NCBI GenBank assembly: GCA_026993285.1
Contig: JALWTZ010000003.1
Coordinates: forward strand, 1-32,488
Length of the DNA: 32,488 bases
Origin: Lysobacterales bacterium
GTDB taxonomy: Bacteria; Pseudomonadota; Gammaproteobacteria; Xanthomonadales; S139-57
Direction of reading: 5' to 3'
Positions 10,292 through 18,644 of this stretch are shown one piece after another (positions within the stretch are counted from its first letter, which is position 1; each line of letters opens with the position of its first letter). A model generated the notes under the pieces. The model searched no databases and had not been told where the DNA came from. It saw only the letters and a program-made list of their open reading frames with translations. The translations under genes and the position numbers were made by a program.

Positions 10292-12274
10292 TCATGGGCA
10301 GGTATTGCCAAGGAATGTGGAAGATAAACCTTGCATGACCGCCGTACCGAAACATTGCGCCGTATAACCGGATGACACGCTGATTGCACTGGTGCTTTTC
10401 TTGTCAATCTGGCTATTGGTCATCTGAAAAAATTCATTCGCGCCCGAAGTTACCGTTCCATTCAAGGCAATACTGGCCAGAGACGAACTGCCGTTTTCCA
10501 CAACCGAATTGGATATTGACACATAATAATAATCACTGGGATTGTCCACTCGGATTGTCTCTGCATCAGAGGCATATACCTTTGAGAAAGCCATCTCCAG
10601 AGTGCTCTTCTGCAAGAGCATTACATTTGACTGCCCATTAACAGAAAAATCAGAATGCTTCATCGTAATGCGATCCAGATTTGCACTCTTTGACCAGATC
10701 CCAATTAGATAGGAATTAGGGGCACCGGCCGAAGTAGTCTTGAGACTGCTGTGATCAACGACCAGACTGCCGCCATCCAGCTCAATCGCTGTATAGTTCA
10801 CGGTTCCAGTAGCTCTATTAAGTTGATAGTAGGTGATATCAACATTATTCATTCTGGCTGTGTATCCACTGGAAAAGGACAATGTACTCAAGTTGGCTGT
10901 ACCACTGAAATCCCCCACATAAAAATTGATATAAAATGTCGAATTTTCTATAGCACAAAAACCACCATTACAGGCAATAGTCTTTCCAAAAGCGCCCGCG
11001 GAATCCACAGAATTGATTAAATAATCAAAAGCAATATTTCTAATATCAATATTTGCAGTTGAAGCCAGAAAAGATACTGTATTGTCAGCAGGATACCATT
11101 TAACAGACAAATCCTGAAATACCAGTTTGTTATTACCCATATTAATGACCTGCTGGCCGGAAGGGCTGGCTGGGGGATCAATGCGTGTGACATCCCTTCC
11201 CTGACCTCGGATTATCACTTTGTTTGATGCAAATACTGACAAATCAATACCCGATTGCATGGTAAATACCCCGGAACCCACATTGATGATGCAAACCGCC
11301 CCGGAACACCATTGCGCGTGATTCGTCACGGCATCTTCCAGCGAATTATATTGCCCGCCACCGCCTGCAAGGGTCACGCTTACCTGATCCGTCACCGTAC
11401 CCTGAATGCCCTGGCAGGTCACCGTTCCGTCCGCATTGACGACACGCACCGCATTGCCAGCCGCACAGCTACCACTCACCCGGCTCTGGATAGCGCTGGT
11501 ATCCACCGAAAGGGTGGCATTACCTGTCGTAGCCCCCCCCGAGAGACCACTGCCTGCAGTCACCGCAGTAATGTCACCCGCACCCACATTGGTGCAAGTT
11601 ACACTGCCATCCACTGCCACGGTAGTCATGGCCTGGCCTGCGGAGCAACCGCCACTCACCCGGCTCTGGATGGTGTTTGTATCCACATTCAGCGTGACAT
11701 CACCGCTGCTGGCACCCCCCGTCAAACCGGTGCCGGCAAATACCGAGGTAATATCGCCCGCGCCCACACTGGCGCAGCTTACCGTGCCATCTGCCGCCAC
11801 AGTGGTCATCGCCTGCCCGGCGGGGCAGGTCCCTGTTACGCGCAACTGTACTTCGTTGCTGTCTACATCCGCACTGCCGATGGCACTGGCCAGCATGGTG
11901 GCCTGCAGGGCGTACTGCGCCACCGGCGCGGCCCGCACGGGGGTGCGTGGCGTCAAGGCATAGGTATTGGCGCCATCATTGACGCTGATGGCCAGCCAGA
12001 CCTGATCGGTGTCGAAAATAAAGTTCAGATCCACATCCAGGCTGAACTGGCCGCCATTGACGGCCACATTGGGAAAATTCTGCGTGCTGCCCAGTTGGGT
12101 GCCGCCGGTCTCTGCATTCCAGGCTTCCAAGGTGAAGTTGTAATTGCCCGTGGGGTATTGGCCAGACAGTTGCAGCTTGCCCTGTACGGTAAACACACTG
12201 CCAATGGGCGTCTGGGCCTGTGCCACCGGCAAAAGCATGCAGAGTGAAAACAGTATGGAGAATAGGCGGTTCAT
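10292..12274 (-). CDS. Secreted fibre/adhesin-like protein with 60-aa Cys repeats and a C-terminal beta-helix-like head
   Basis: Start ATG 12274 (RBS GAGG), signal peptide AQA|Q. FTVQGKL N-domain and ~2.5 repeats. GGQYNSLEDAV..INVGSGVF..IIRGQGRDVTRI resembles the cap of a pectin-lyase-like beta-helix. Confidence 0.75.
   Translation of the reverse strand: MNRLFSILFSLCMLLPVAQAQTPIGSVFTVQGKLQLSGQYPTGNYNFTLEAWNAETGGTQLGSTQNFPNVAVNGGQFSLDVDLNFIFDTDQVWLAISVNDGANTYALTPRTPVRAAPVAQYALQATMLASAIGSADVDSNEVQLRVTGTCPAGQAMTTVAADGTVSCASVGAGDITSVFAGTGLTGGASSGDVTLNVDTNTIQSRVSGGCSAGQAMTTVAVDGSVTCTNVGAGDITAVTAGSGLSGGATTGNATLSVDTSAIQSRVSGSCAAGNAVRVVNADGTVTCQGIQGTVTDQVSVTLAGGGGQYNSLEDAVTNHAQWCSGAVCIINVGSGVFTMQSGIDLSVFASNKVIIRGQGRDVTRIDPPASPSGQQVINMGNNKLVFQDLSVKWYPADNTVSFLASTANIDIRNIAFDYLINSVDSAGAFGKTIACNGGFCAIENSTFYINFYVGDFSGTANLSTLSFSSGYTARMNNVDITYYQLNRATGTVNYTAIELDGGSLVVDHSSLKTTSAGAPNSYLIGIWSKSANLDRITMKHSDFSVNGQSNVMLLQKSTLEMAFSKVYASDAETIRVDNPSDYYYVSISNSVVENGSSSLASIALNGTVTSGANEFFQMTNSQIDKKSTSAISVSSGYTAQCFGTAVMQGLSSTFLGNTCP
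11415..11850 (-). repeat. 180-bp (60-aa) tandem repeat, about 2.5 copies
   Basis: CCACTCACCCGGCTCTGGAT at 11472 and 11652; protein unit QxRVxGxCxAGxAxxxVxxDGxVxC..GDITxVxAGxGL. Confidence 0.85.
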
Positions 12275-12312
12275 GACAGACCTCGTTTTATTAAATCCTT
12301 CGATGCGCGCAC

Positions 12313-12350
12313 CCAAAAGCCTGCGAGGCTGATGGCCCCGCAGGCTTTGG
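12313..12350 (-). terminator. Intergenic hairpin between the fibre paralogues
   Basis: CCAAAAGCCTGCG...CGCAGGCTTTGG inverted repeat. Confidence 0.55.
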
Positions 12351-12356
12351 CTGGCA

Positions 12357-13853
12357 TCAATGGGGTTGGGTGGTGGTGTAGGTGATCACTACGCCGTGCA
12401 AGATAACCGATGCTCCATTTGAATCCGGGCTGGGCCGGAACAGCAGGTAGTAGGTATTGGCGCTGTTGTCCACAGGCGTGGTGGTGATGTTGGCATCAGA
12501 AGATGAACCACTGACCTTGATAAAGGTGGAACTACTGCCCCCGCTGCTGGCGGCGACAGCCAGCGTGCTTTCGGAACCGTTGCTGGGCCCCAGCATGGTG
12601 GAAGATTGCAGCAACACATCGCCGTCATTGTCGGAACCATCCGTCCAGTAGAAATCCATGCGGGTGATTACCGCGCCGTCCGGCAGATCGACCGGGGCAA
12701 AATACGCCGGGTTGCCTGTATTGGTCTGGTTTTGCAGATCCGGGCCGGTGATCTGGTAGCTTTCGGTACTGGAAGGACGGAAAGCCGCCGGTGGAATGGA
12801 AAGCCGTGCCGTATGGGCGGCCCAGGTCAGGCTGCCGGTCACATGGGCGTCGCCCTCCGCATAAACCGCATAGCCCAGGTTGGTGGGTGCCGTGCCGTAG
12901 ACGCCATAGCTGGTGGAGGTGTTGGAAGTGGCCGTGCCCTTGACGCCATAGATGCTGCCAGTACCATCCACACCCGTTCCACCGTCCACACCGGTGATGG
13001 CTGTACCACCCGCGCTGGCCCGACCATAAATGGGAAAGGTATCCGCTTCCGCATACACGCCTACGTAGGGGGCCGTCGCCCAAACGCCGTAACCGCTGGT
13101 GCTGTTGGAATTGGCACGCACACCCGCACTGGTAGCCCCGGTATTGGCGGATGCATTCGCAAAGATGGCGTAGGGAGAACCGGTGGTTTGATTGTTTTCC
13201 ACTGACAGCGTGGAACCGGCGTCCGTGGCCAGCAATGCCAGCGGTACCTGCAGGGCCACTGCCACATCACCGGCGGTGCCACCACCAACCAGGCCGGTGC
13301 CGGCGGTCACGCTGGTGATGTCACCAGTGCCGGCGCCACCCGTACTGTTACAGGTCACCGAGCCGTCGGCGGCCACCGCGGTCATCGCCTGCCCGGAAGG
13401 GCAGGTGCCCGTGACCCGCAGCTGGATGGCATTGGCATCCACATCCGCACTGCCGATGGCACTGGCCAGCATGGTGGCCTGCAGGGCGTATTGCGCCACC
13501 GGCGCGGCCCGCACGGGGGTACGGGGTGTCAGGGCATAGGTGTTGGCGCCGTCATTGACGCTGATGGCCAGCCAGACCTGCTCGGTATCGAACACATAGC
13601 CCAGATCCACATCCAGACTGAACTGGCCGCCGTTGACGGCTACTGCGGGAAAGTTCTGGGTCGCGCCCACCTGCGTGCCACCACTGGCCGAATCCCAGGC
13701 TTCCACGGTAAAGCTGTAGGTACCCGTGGGGTATTGGCCGGACAGCTGCAGCTTGCCCTGCACGGTAAAGACACTTTCTACCGGCGTCAGTGCCCAGCTG
13801 GCCTGGGTCAGGCCCAGCAGCAGCGCGAAAAATACCTTCATCATTTTGTTCAT
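12357..13853 (-). CDS. Secreted fibre/adhesin-like protein, paralogue with a different head
   Basis: Signal peptide, near-identical N-domain, one Cys repeat, GVYG/GVxA-rich shaft, C-terminal [12 protein letters not shown] domain. Confidence 0.75.
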   Translation of the reverse strand: MNKMMKVFFALLLGLTQASWALTPVESVFTVQGKLQLSGQYPTGTYSFTVEAWDSASGGTQVGATQNFPAVAVNGGQFSLDVDLGYVFDTEQVWLAISVNDGANTYALTPRTPVRAAPVAQYALQATMLASAIGSADVDANAIQLRVTGTCPSGQAMTAVAADGSVTCNSTGGAGTGDITSVTAGTGLVGGGTAGDVAVALQVPLALLATDAGSTLSVENNQTTGSPYAIFANASANTGATSAGVRANSNSTSGYGVWATAPYVGVYAEADTFPIYGRASAGGTAITGVDGGTGVDGTGSIYGVKGTATSNTSTSYGVYGTAPTNLGYAVYAEGDAHVTGSLTWAAHTARLSIPPAAFRPSSTESYQITGPDLQNQTNTGNPAYFAPVDLPDGAVITRMDFYWTDGSDNDGDVLLQSSTMLGPSNGSESTLAVAASSGGSSSTFIKVSGSSSDANITTTPVDNSANTYYLLFRPSPDSNGASVILHGVVITYTTTQPH

Positions 13854-13864
13854 GGTTCCGCTCC

Positions 13865-14125
13865 CTATTCAAAGCTGTTCTTGAACACCAGATCCGCGTT
13901 GGCCTCTGGCCCCCAGTACCCGGTGGAAAGTTCATAAGCCCCGGCCTTCAGTGGCTGGGGGTCGGCATTGGCCTGACCGATGGTGACCTGCATCTGCACC
14001 GTGCCGCCGTTGGCGGTCAGGGTTTGTGTGCCACTGTCGATCACCACGCGCTCCAGCCGGTTCTGCCCCAGTGCCAGCAAGGGTACGGCCAGTGCACAGA
14101 GTGAAAGTGCGGTTTTGAATTTCAT
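13865..14125 (-). CDS. Small secreted protein with C-terminal DLVFKNSFE motif
   Basis: Signal peptide, [17 protein letters not shown] core, DxxFxxxFE tail; first gene of the cluster. Confidence 0.75.
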   Translation of the reverse strand: MKFKTALSLCALAVPLLALGQNRLERVVIDSGTQTLTANGGTVQMQVTIGQANADPQPLKAGAYELSTGYWGPEANADLVFKNSFE

Positions 14126-14189
14126 GGGCGAGACTCCCTGTTTGATCTCGGGCCCAGTCTGCGCTCAGAGGGAAGGGAATACGATGATG

Positions 14190-14235
14190 AAGATATAATG
14201 AAGATATTTATATCTTTTGAATCAATATCTTACAA
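14190..14235 (-). promoter_or_regulatory. Candidate sigma70 promoter with an overlapping AAGATAT operator array
   Basis: Minus strand TTGTAA-N17-TATAAA (14235-14207); AAGATAT at 14190 and 14201, ATATCTT at 14210 and 14225. Confidence 0.5.
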
Positions 14236-14248
14236 AATGAGAGAAAGC

Positions 14249-15211
14249 TTATGGCAGTGGCAGTTGTGGCGTCTTTTTCGGCAGCCAGCCACCGGTTTCC
14301 GGCTGCAAGAGGTCGCCGTCACTGGTGATGAAACGGAAAGGCAGGCTGACCAGTTCATCATTGACGATGGCCTGAACGGCAAAATGCAGATGGGGGCCGG
14401 AGGAGTAGCCGGTGTTGCCGGAATAACCCAGCAGCTCGCCGACCAGCACCACCTGCCCCGGCTGTACGGCCACCTGTTCAAAACCCAGGTGGGCGTAGAC
14501 GGTCATGCTGCCATCTTCATGCAACAGGCGCACCCGGTTGGCCCGGTCCAGATAGTATTCCTTCTGCCCATGGCCCCAGAAATTTTCTTCCACTTCCATT
14601 ACCACCCCGTCCCGGGCGGCCAGTACCGGCGTGCCCTCGGGCATGTTGATGTCCACGGCAAATTCGTTCTGTACGGTGCCGTGGGTGCTTTGGCCATGAA
14701 ACCCCTGCCCAACCAGAAAGCGCCGGTCGGCGGGAAAGGGCAATTGCAGCAACTGTTCCTGTTCCGGCTGTGCCATGGGCCAGCCCGGCAGGGCGCGGTA
14801 GGCCAGATTGAGCTGTGCCGGCTGGTCGGCATCCTGCCGTTCCAGTTGCCAGAGCTCCACCCGGCCCGGGCCATTGAGGCGCAGGGGCCACGCTGCTTCC
14901 GGCCTTTTCAGGTTGCGGCTGCCTTCCAGGCTGATCCACAGACTGACCGGCCCGTGCAGGTGAATATTGGCACTGAGGGCAAAACCGTTGTCCTGCAGGT
15001 GCTGTTCCACCTCCAGTGGCAGTTGCGGTTCGGTCTTGACCCGTTTTTCTTCCACCGCCCGTGTGGCAGCGGGCTTTTGATCGGTATAGTGCCAGATACC
15101 GTTTTCATCCTGGTATTTCCAGTAACGCTTGCCGGCTGCCGGCTGCACAATCAGAAGGCACAGGGCTGCCAGAGCCAGCAGGGTTCGGGTTGTTTCAGCA
15201 TTCCACCACAT
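14249..15211 (-). CDS. M23 family metallopeptidase with a DUF4124-like N-terminus
   Basis: [18 protein letters not shown]; H...[35 protein letters not shown]. Start taken at 15211. Confidence 0.88.
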   Translation of the reverse strand: MWWNAETTRTLLALAALCLLIVQPAAGKRYWKYQDENGIWHYTDQKPAATRAVEEKRVKTEPQLPLEVEQHLQDNGFALSANIHLHGPVSLWISLEGSRNLKRPEAAWPLRLNGPGRVELWQLERQDADQPAQLNLAYRALPGWPMAQPEQEQLLQLPFPADRRFLVGQGFHGQSTHGTVQNEFAVDINMPEGTPVLAARDGVVMEVEENFWGHGQKEYYLDRANRVRLLHEDGSMTVYAHLGFEQVAVQPGQVVLVGELLGYSGNTGYSSGPHLHFAVQAIVNDELVSLPFRFITSDGDLLQPETGGWLPKKTPQLPLP

Positions 15212-16574
15212 TGACTGCCAGCCCTCCGCGTGAAGTTTCCTTGTATTTGCTCTGCATGTCGGCACCGGTTTCGCGCATGGTGCGGATGACCTTGTCCAGG
15301 CTGACAAAGTGCATGCCGTCGCCACGCATGGCCATGCGCTGGGCGTTGATGGCCTTCACCGCCGCCATGGCATTACGCTCGATGCAAGGAATCTGCACCA
15401 GCCCGCCAATGGGGTCACAGGTCATGCCCAGATGGTGTTCCATGGCAATTTCCGCCGCGTTTTCCACCTGGGCCGGGCTGCCACCCAAAGCCTGGGTCAG
15501 GCCGGCGGCAGCCATGGAACAGGCCACGCCCACTTCCCCCTGACAGCCCACTTCCGCGCCGGAGATGGAGGCATTCATCTTGTACAGCAGCCCGATGGCA
15601 CCCGCCGTCAGCAGGAAGTCCACAATCTGGTCTTCATGGCCCATATGACAAAAGCGCACCAGGTACATCAGCACCGCGGGCAGCGTGCCGGCGGCGCCAT
15701 TGGTGGGGGCCGTGACCACCCGCCCGCCGGCGGCATTTTCCTCGTTGACCGCCAGAGCGTAGAGATTGACCCAATCGAGAATGGATAACTGGTCACACAG
15801 CTGGCTTTCCGGCCGGTTGCACAGTTCCTGATACAGCACCGGGGCACGGCGGGGCACTTTCAACCCGCCCGGCAACACCCCTTCGGTGTGCATGCCTCGC
15901 TCGATACAGGCTTCCATCACTTGCCAGATGGCCAGCAACCGGCGGCGTACCTCCCGGGCTTCATGCCAGGCACATTCATTGCGCAACTGAATTTCCGCAA
16001 TGGAACAATCTTCCTGCCTGCAGAAGGCCAGCAGTTCCGCCGCGCTGGTGTAGGGGTAGGGAACGGGGGTGTCATCCTCCACCAGGCGCTTTTGCCCGGT
16101 TTCGTCCTCGTCCAGCACAAATCCGCCACCCACGGAAAAATACTCCCGGCTCAGCAATTCCTGGCCGTCGGCATCCAGTGCGGTGAAACGCATGCCATTG
16201 GGATGGAAGTTCAGGCTTTCCCGCTTGTGGAAGTACAAGTCTTCCCGTGGATGCAGGACAATAACCGGTCCATCGGCCAGCTGCAGCCGCCTGCTCTCAC
16301 GCCATTGCCGCATCCATGCCTCCACCTGCTCCACATCCACCGTGGCCGGTTCATGGCCCATCAGGCCCAGCACCACCGCCTTGTCACTGCCATGCCCCCG
16401 GCCGGTCAGGCCCAGCGAGCCATAAAGATCCACCCGCAACCGTGACACGCTGGCCAGCAATGCCTGCGCTGCCAGTGCGCGGACAAACCGCCCGGCGGCC
16501 AGCATCGGCCCCACGGTATGGGAACTGGATGGCCCGATGCCCACTTTGAACAGTTCAAAAATGCTGATGCTCAT
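15195..16574 (-). CDS. sdaA: L-serine ammonia-lyase (Fe-S)
   Basis: [60 protein letters not shown]. Confidence 0.97.
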   Translation of the reverse strand: MSISIFELFKVGIGPSSSHTVGPMLAAGRFVRALAAQALLASVSRLRVDLYGSLGLTGRGHGSDKAVVLGLMGHEPATVDVEQVEAWMRQWRESRRLQLADGPVIVLHPREDLYFHKRESLNFHPNGMRFTALDADGQELLSREYFSVGGGFVLDEDETGQKRLVEDDTPVPYPYTSAAELLAFCRQEDCSIAEIQLRNECAWHEAREVRRRLLAIWQVMEACIERGMHTEGVLPGGLKVPRRAPVLYQELCNRPESQLCDQLSILDWVNLYALAVNEENAAGGRVVTAPTNGAAGTLPAVLMYLVRFCHMGHEDQIVDFLLTAGAIGLLYKMNASISGAEVGCQGEVGVACSMAAAGLTQALGGSPAQVENAAEIAMEHHLGMTCDPIGGLVQIPCIERNAMAAVKAINAQRMAMRGDGMHFVSLDKVIRTMRETGADMQSKYKETSRGGLAVNVVEC

Positions 16575-16807
16575 GCCCGTTTCCGCCCCGTCTTGGATGC
16601 CCAGTGTAGCGGTCGGGAACCGGGCTGAAAAGACGATTGTAGGAATTTTCCGGCACACCCGATCGCCTTCGCTGACTCCGGCAAGCGCCTGCAGATATGG
16701 CATGGATTTCGCGTATCAGTAGGATGAAACCTAGAGGAAAGGCTGTCACATCAGCACTTCCCCCTGAACAGAACCAAGGCGCAGAACGGCGGGCAGGAGA
16801 GCAGGCG

Positions 16808-17101
16808 ATGAAAACCTTTGCAGTCTACATACTGGCACATGGCGGTCGCGGCAGCCTGGAAGTGGGTGTAAGCATGGATCTGGTGCACACCATCTGGACG
16901 CTGCGCCGGCAAAAGACAGCTTCTGTAGGTACCGACCTGGCCTTTGCCCAGCGACTGGTCTGGTATGAAGAATTCGATTCCGCGGAAGCCGCACTGGAAC
17001 GCGAACGGGAACTGCACCAGTGGCAACGCAGCTGGCTGTTTCGGCTGGTGGAAACGGAAAATCCGCTGTGGCTCGACCTTTATCCCAATCTGCTGCTGTA
17101 G
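16808..17101 (+). CDS. GIY-YIG family small protein (degenerate motif)
   Basis: AVYILA..GSLEVGVS.DL, LVWYE, ALERE, W.R.W...LVE..NP.W.DLY; RBS AGGAG. Confidence 0.75.
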   Translation: MKTFAVYILAHGGRGSLEVGVSMDLVHTIWTLRRQKTASVGTDLAFAQRLVWYEEFDSAEAALERERELHQWQRSWLFRLVETENPLWLDLYPNLLL

Positions 17102-17113
17102 ACCCGCAAGGGT

Positions 17114-17878
17114 TCAGGCCTTGTAGCCGGTATGAATGGCCACGATGCCGGCGTTGAGGTTCTGGTAGCGCACCCCTGAAAAACCCGCTTGCCGCATCAT
17201 TTCCGCCAGGGTTTCCTGATCCGGGTGCTTGCGGATGGATTCGGCCAGGTAGCGATAGCTTTCCGCGTCTTTCGCCACCAGTTGCCCCATGGCTGGCAGT
17301 AAGCCGAAAGAGTAGGCATCATAGGCCCTGGCCAGCAGGGACGACTGCACCCGGGAGAATTCCAGTATCCGGGCCTTGCCGCCGGGCTTGAGTACCCGTA
17401 GCATCTCGGCCAGCGCCTTGTCCTGGTGGGTGACATTGCGCAGGCCGAAGGCGATGGTCACCAGGTCGAAGCGGTTGTCCTCGAAGGGCAGTTGCTCGGC
17501 GTTGGCCTCGACAAATTCCAGATTGCGCACCATGCCCCGGTCGATCAGCCGCCGCCGGCCCACGGCCAGCATGTTGGGGTTGATGTCCGAGAGCACAATC
17601 CGGCCGCGTTCGTCCAGCTGCGGGTAGATCAGCGCGGCGATGTCACCGGTGCCACCGGCCAGGTCCAGTACCTGGTCGTCCGGGCGGATCTGGCAGGTCT
17701 GCACGAAAAAGCGCTTCCACAGACGGTGCACGCCCATGGACATGACATCGTTCATGATGTCGTATTTTTCCGCCACGGAATCAAACACCTGGCCGACCAG
17801 ATGCTGTTTTTCCCCGACCGGCACTTCCTTGTAGCCGAAGTGGGTGGTTTCAGTGGCCTGCGGGTTCTCTTGATTCAC
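17114..17878 (-). CDS. ubiE: Ubiquinone/menaquinone C-methyltransferase
   Basis: [47 protein letters not shown]. Confidence 0.97.
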   Translation of the reverse strand: MNQENPQATETTHFGYKEVPVGEKQHLVGQVFDSVAEKYDIMNDVMSMGVHRLWKRFFVQTCQIRPDDQVLDLAGGTGDIAALIYPQLDERGRIVLSDINPNMLAVGRRRLIDRGMVRNLEFVEANAEQLPFEDNRFDLVTIAFGLRNVTHQDKALAEMLRVLKPGGKARILEFSRVQSSLLARAYDAYSFGLLPAMGQLVAKDAESYRYLAESIRKHPDQETLAEMMRQAGFSGVRYQNLNAGIVAIHTGYKA

Positions 17879-18221
17879 CGGCGCGCTCCAGTTTGATCAG
17901 GTAATCCTGCCAGTTTTCTTCCTGGTTCAGGCCCAGATCATACAACACTTCCCAGGAATAGATGCCGGATTCGTGGCCGTCGTCGAAAACCAGATTCACC
18001 GCGTAATTGCCCATGGGGCGAATCTCGTCGATGTTGACGAATTTCTTGCCGGTCTGCAGCTTTTCCTGCCCCGGGCCGTGGCCCTGTACCTCGGCGGAGG
18101 GAGAAAACACCCGCAGGTATTCGCAGGGCAGTTCGAAGCGCTTGCCGTCATCAAAGGCCACTTCCAGTACACGGGATTGCTTGTGCAGCTTGATCTCGGT
18201 GGGTCTGGGTTTGTTGCTCAT
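17850..18221 (-). CDS. DUF971 (GBBH N-terminal-like) protein
   Basis: [32 protein letters not shown]. Confidence 0.9.
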   Translation of the reverse strand: MSNKPRPTEIKLHKQSRVLEVAFDDGKRFELPCEYLRVFSPSAEVQGHGPGQEKLQTGKKFVNIDEIRPMGNYAVNLVFDDGHESGIYSWEVLYDLGLNQEENWQDYLIKLERAGESREPAGH

Positions 18222-18263
18222 GGTTCTCTCCAGCGTTTTTGCCAAGCTTACATGAGTGTTTGC

Positions 18264-18644
18264 TTATTCACCATGTGCCGAATGGGTGGTGCCCCGCCAG
18301 GCAACAAGGGCCAAGGCCGCCCAGGCCGTCAGCATCAGCAGGCCGCCGGCCGGGGTAACAAAAACCAGCGGCCGCCAGTGGGTCAACGCCAGCAGGTACA
18401 GGCTGCCGGAAAACAGCAGCGCGCCGGCAGCGGCGGAAAACACGATCACGCCCTGCCAGCGACCCGGCAGGGAAAGCTGCCCCAGTGCCAGCAGCATCAG
18501 CGCCTGCATGCTCTGGTAGAACACGGCCTTGTTCCACCAGCCCAGTTCCTGGGCGTTCAACTGCAGGGCATGGGCGGCCACCGCCCCGCAAGCGACGGCC
18601 AGAAAACCGTGCAGGCCGGCCAGAAACAGCGCCGGGCGGTTCAA
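18264..18644 (-). CDS. DUF423 family membrane protein
   Basis: GAVAAH, LFSGSLYLLA, VTPAGG. Confidence 0.85.
   Translation of the reverse strand: MNRPALFLAGLHGFLAVACGAVAAHALQLNAQELGWWNKAVFYQSMQALMLLALGQLSLPGRWQGVIVFSAAAGALLFSGSLYLLALTHWRPLVFVTPAGGLLMLTAWAALALVAWRGTTHSAHGE

Noticed and set aside
10292-14125. Prophage tail remnant
   Set aside because: All three proteins have Sec signal peptides and no phage genes are nearby.
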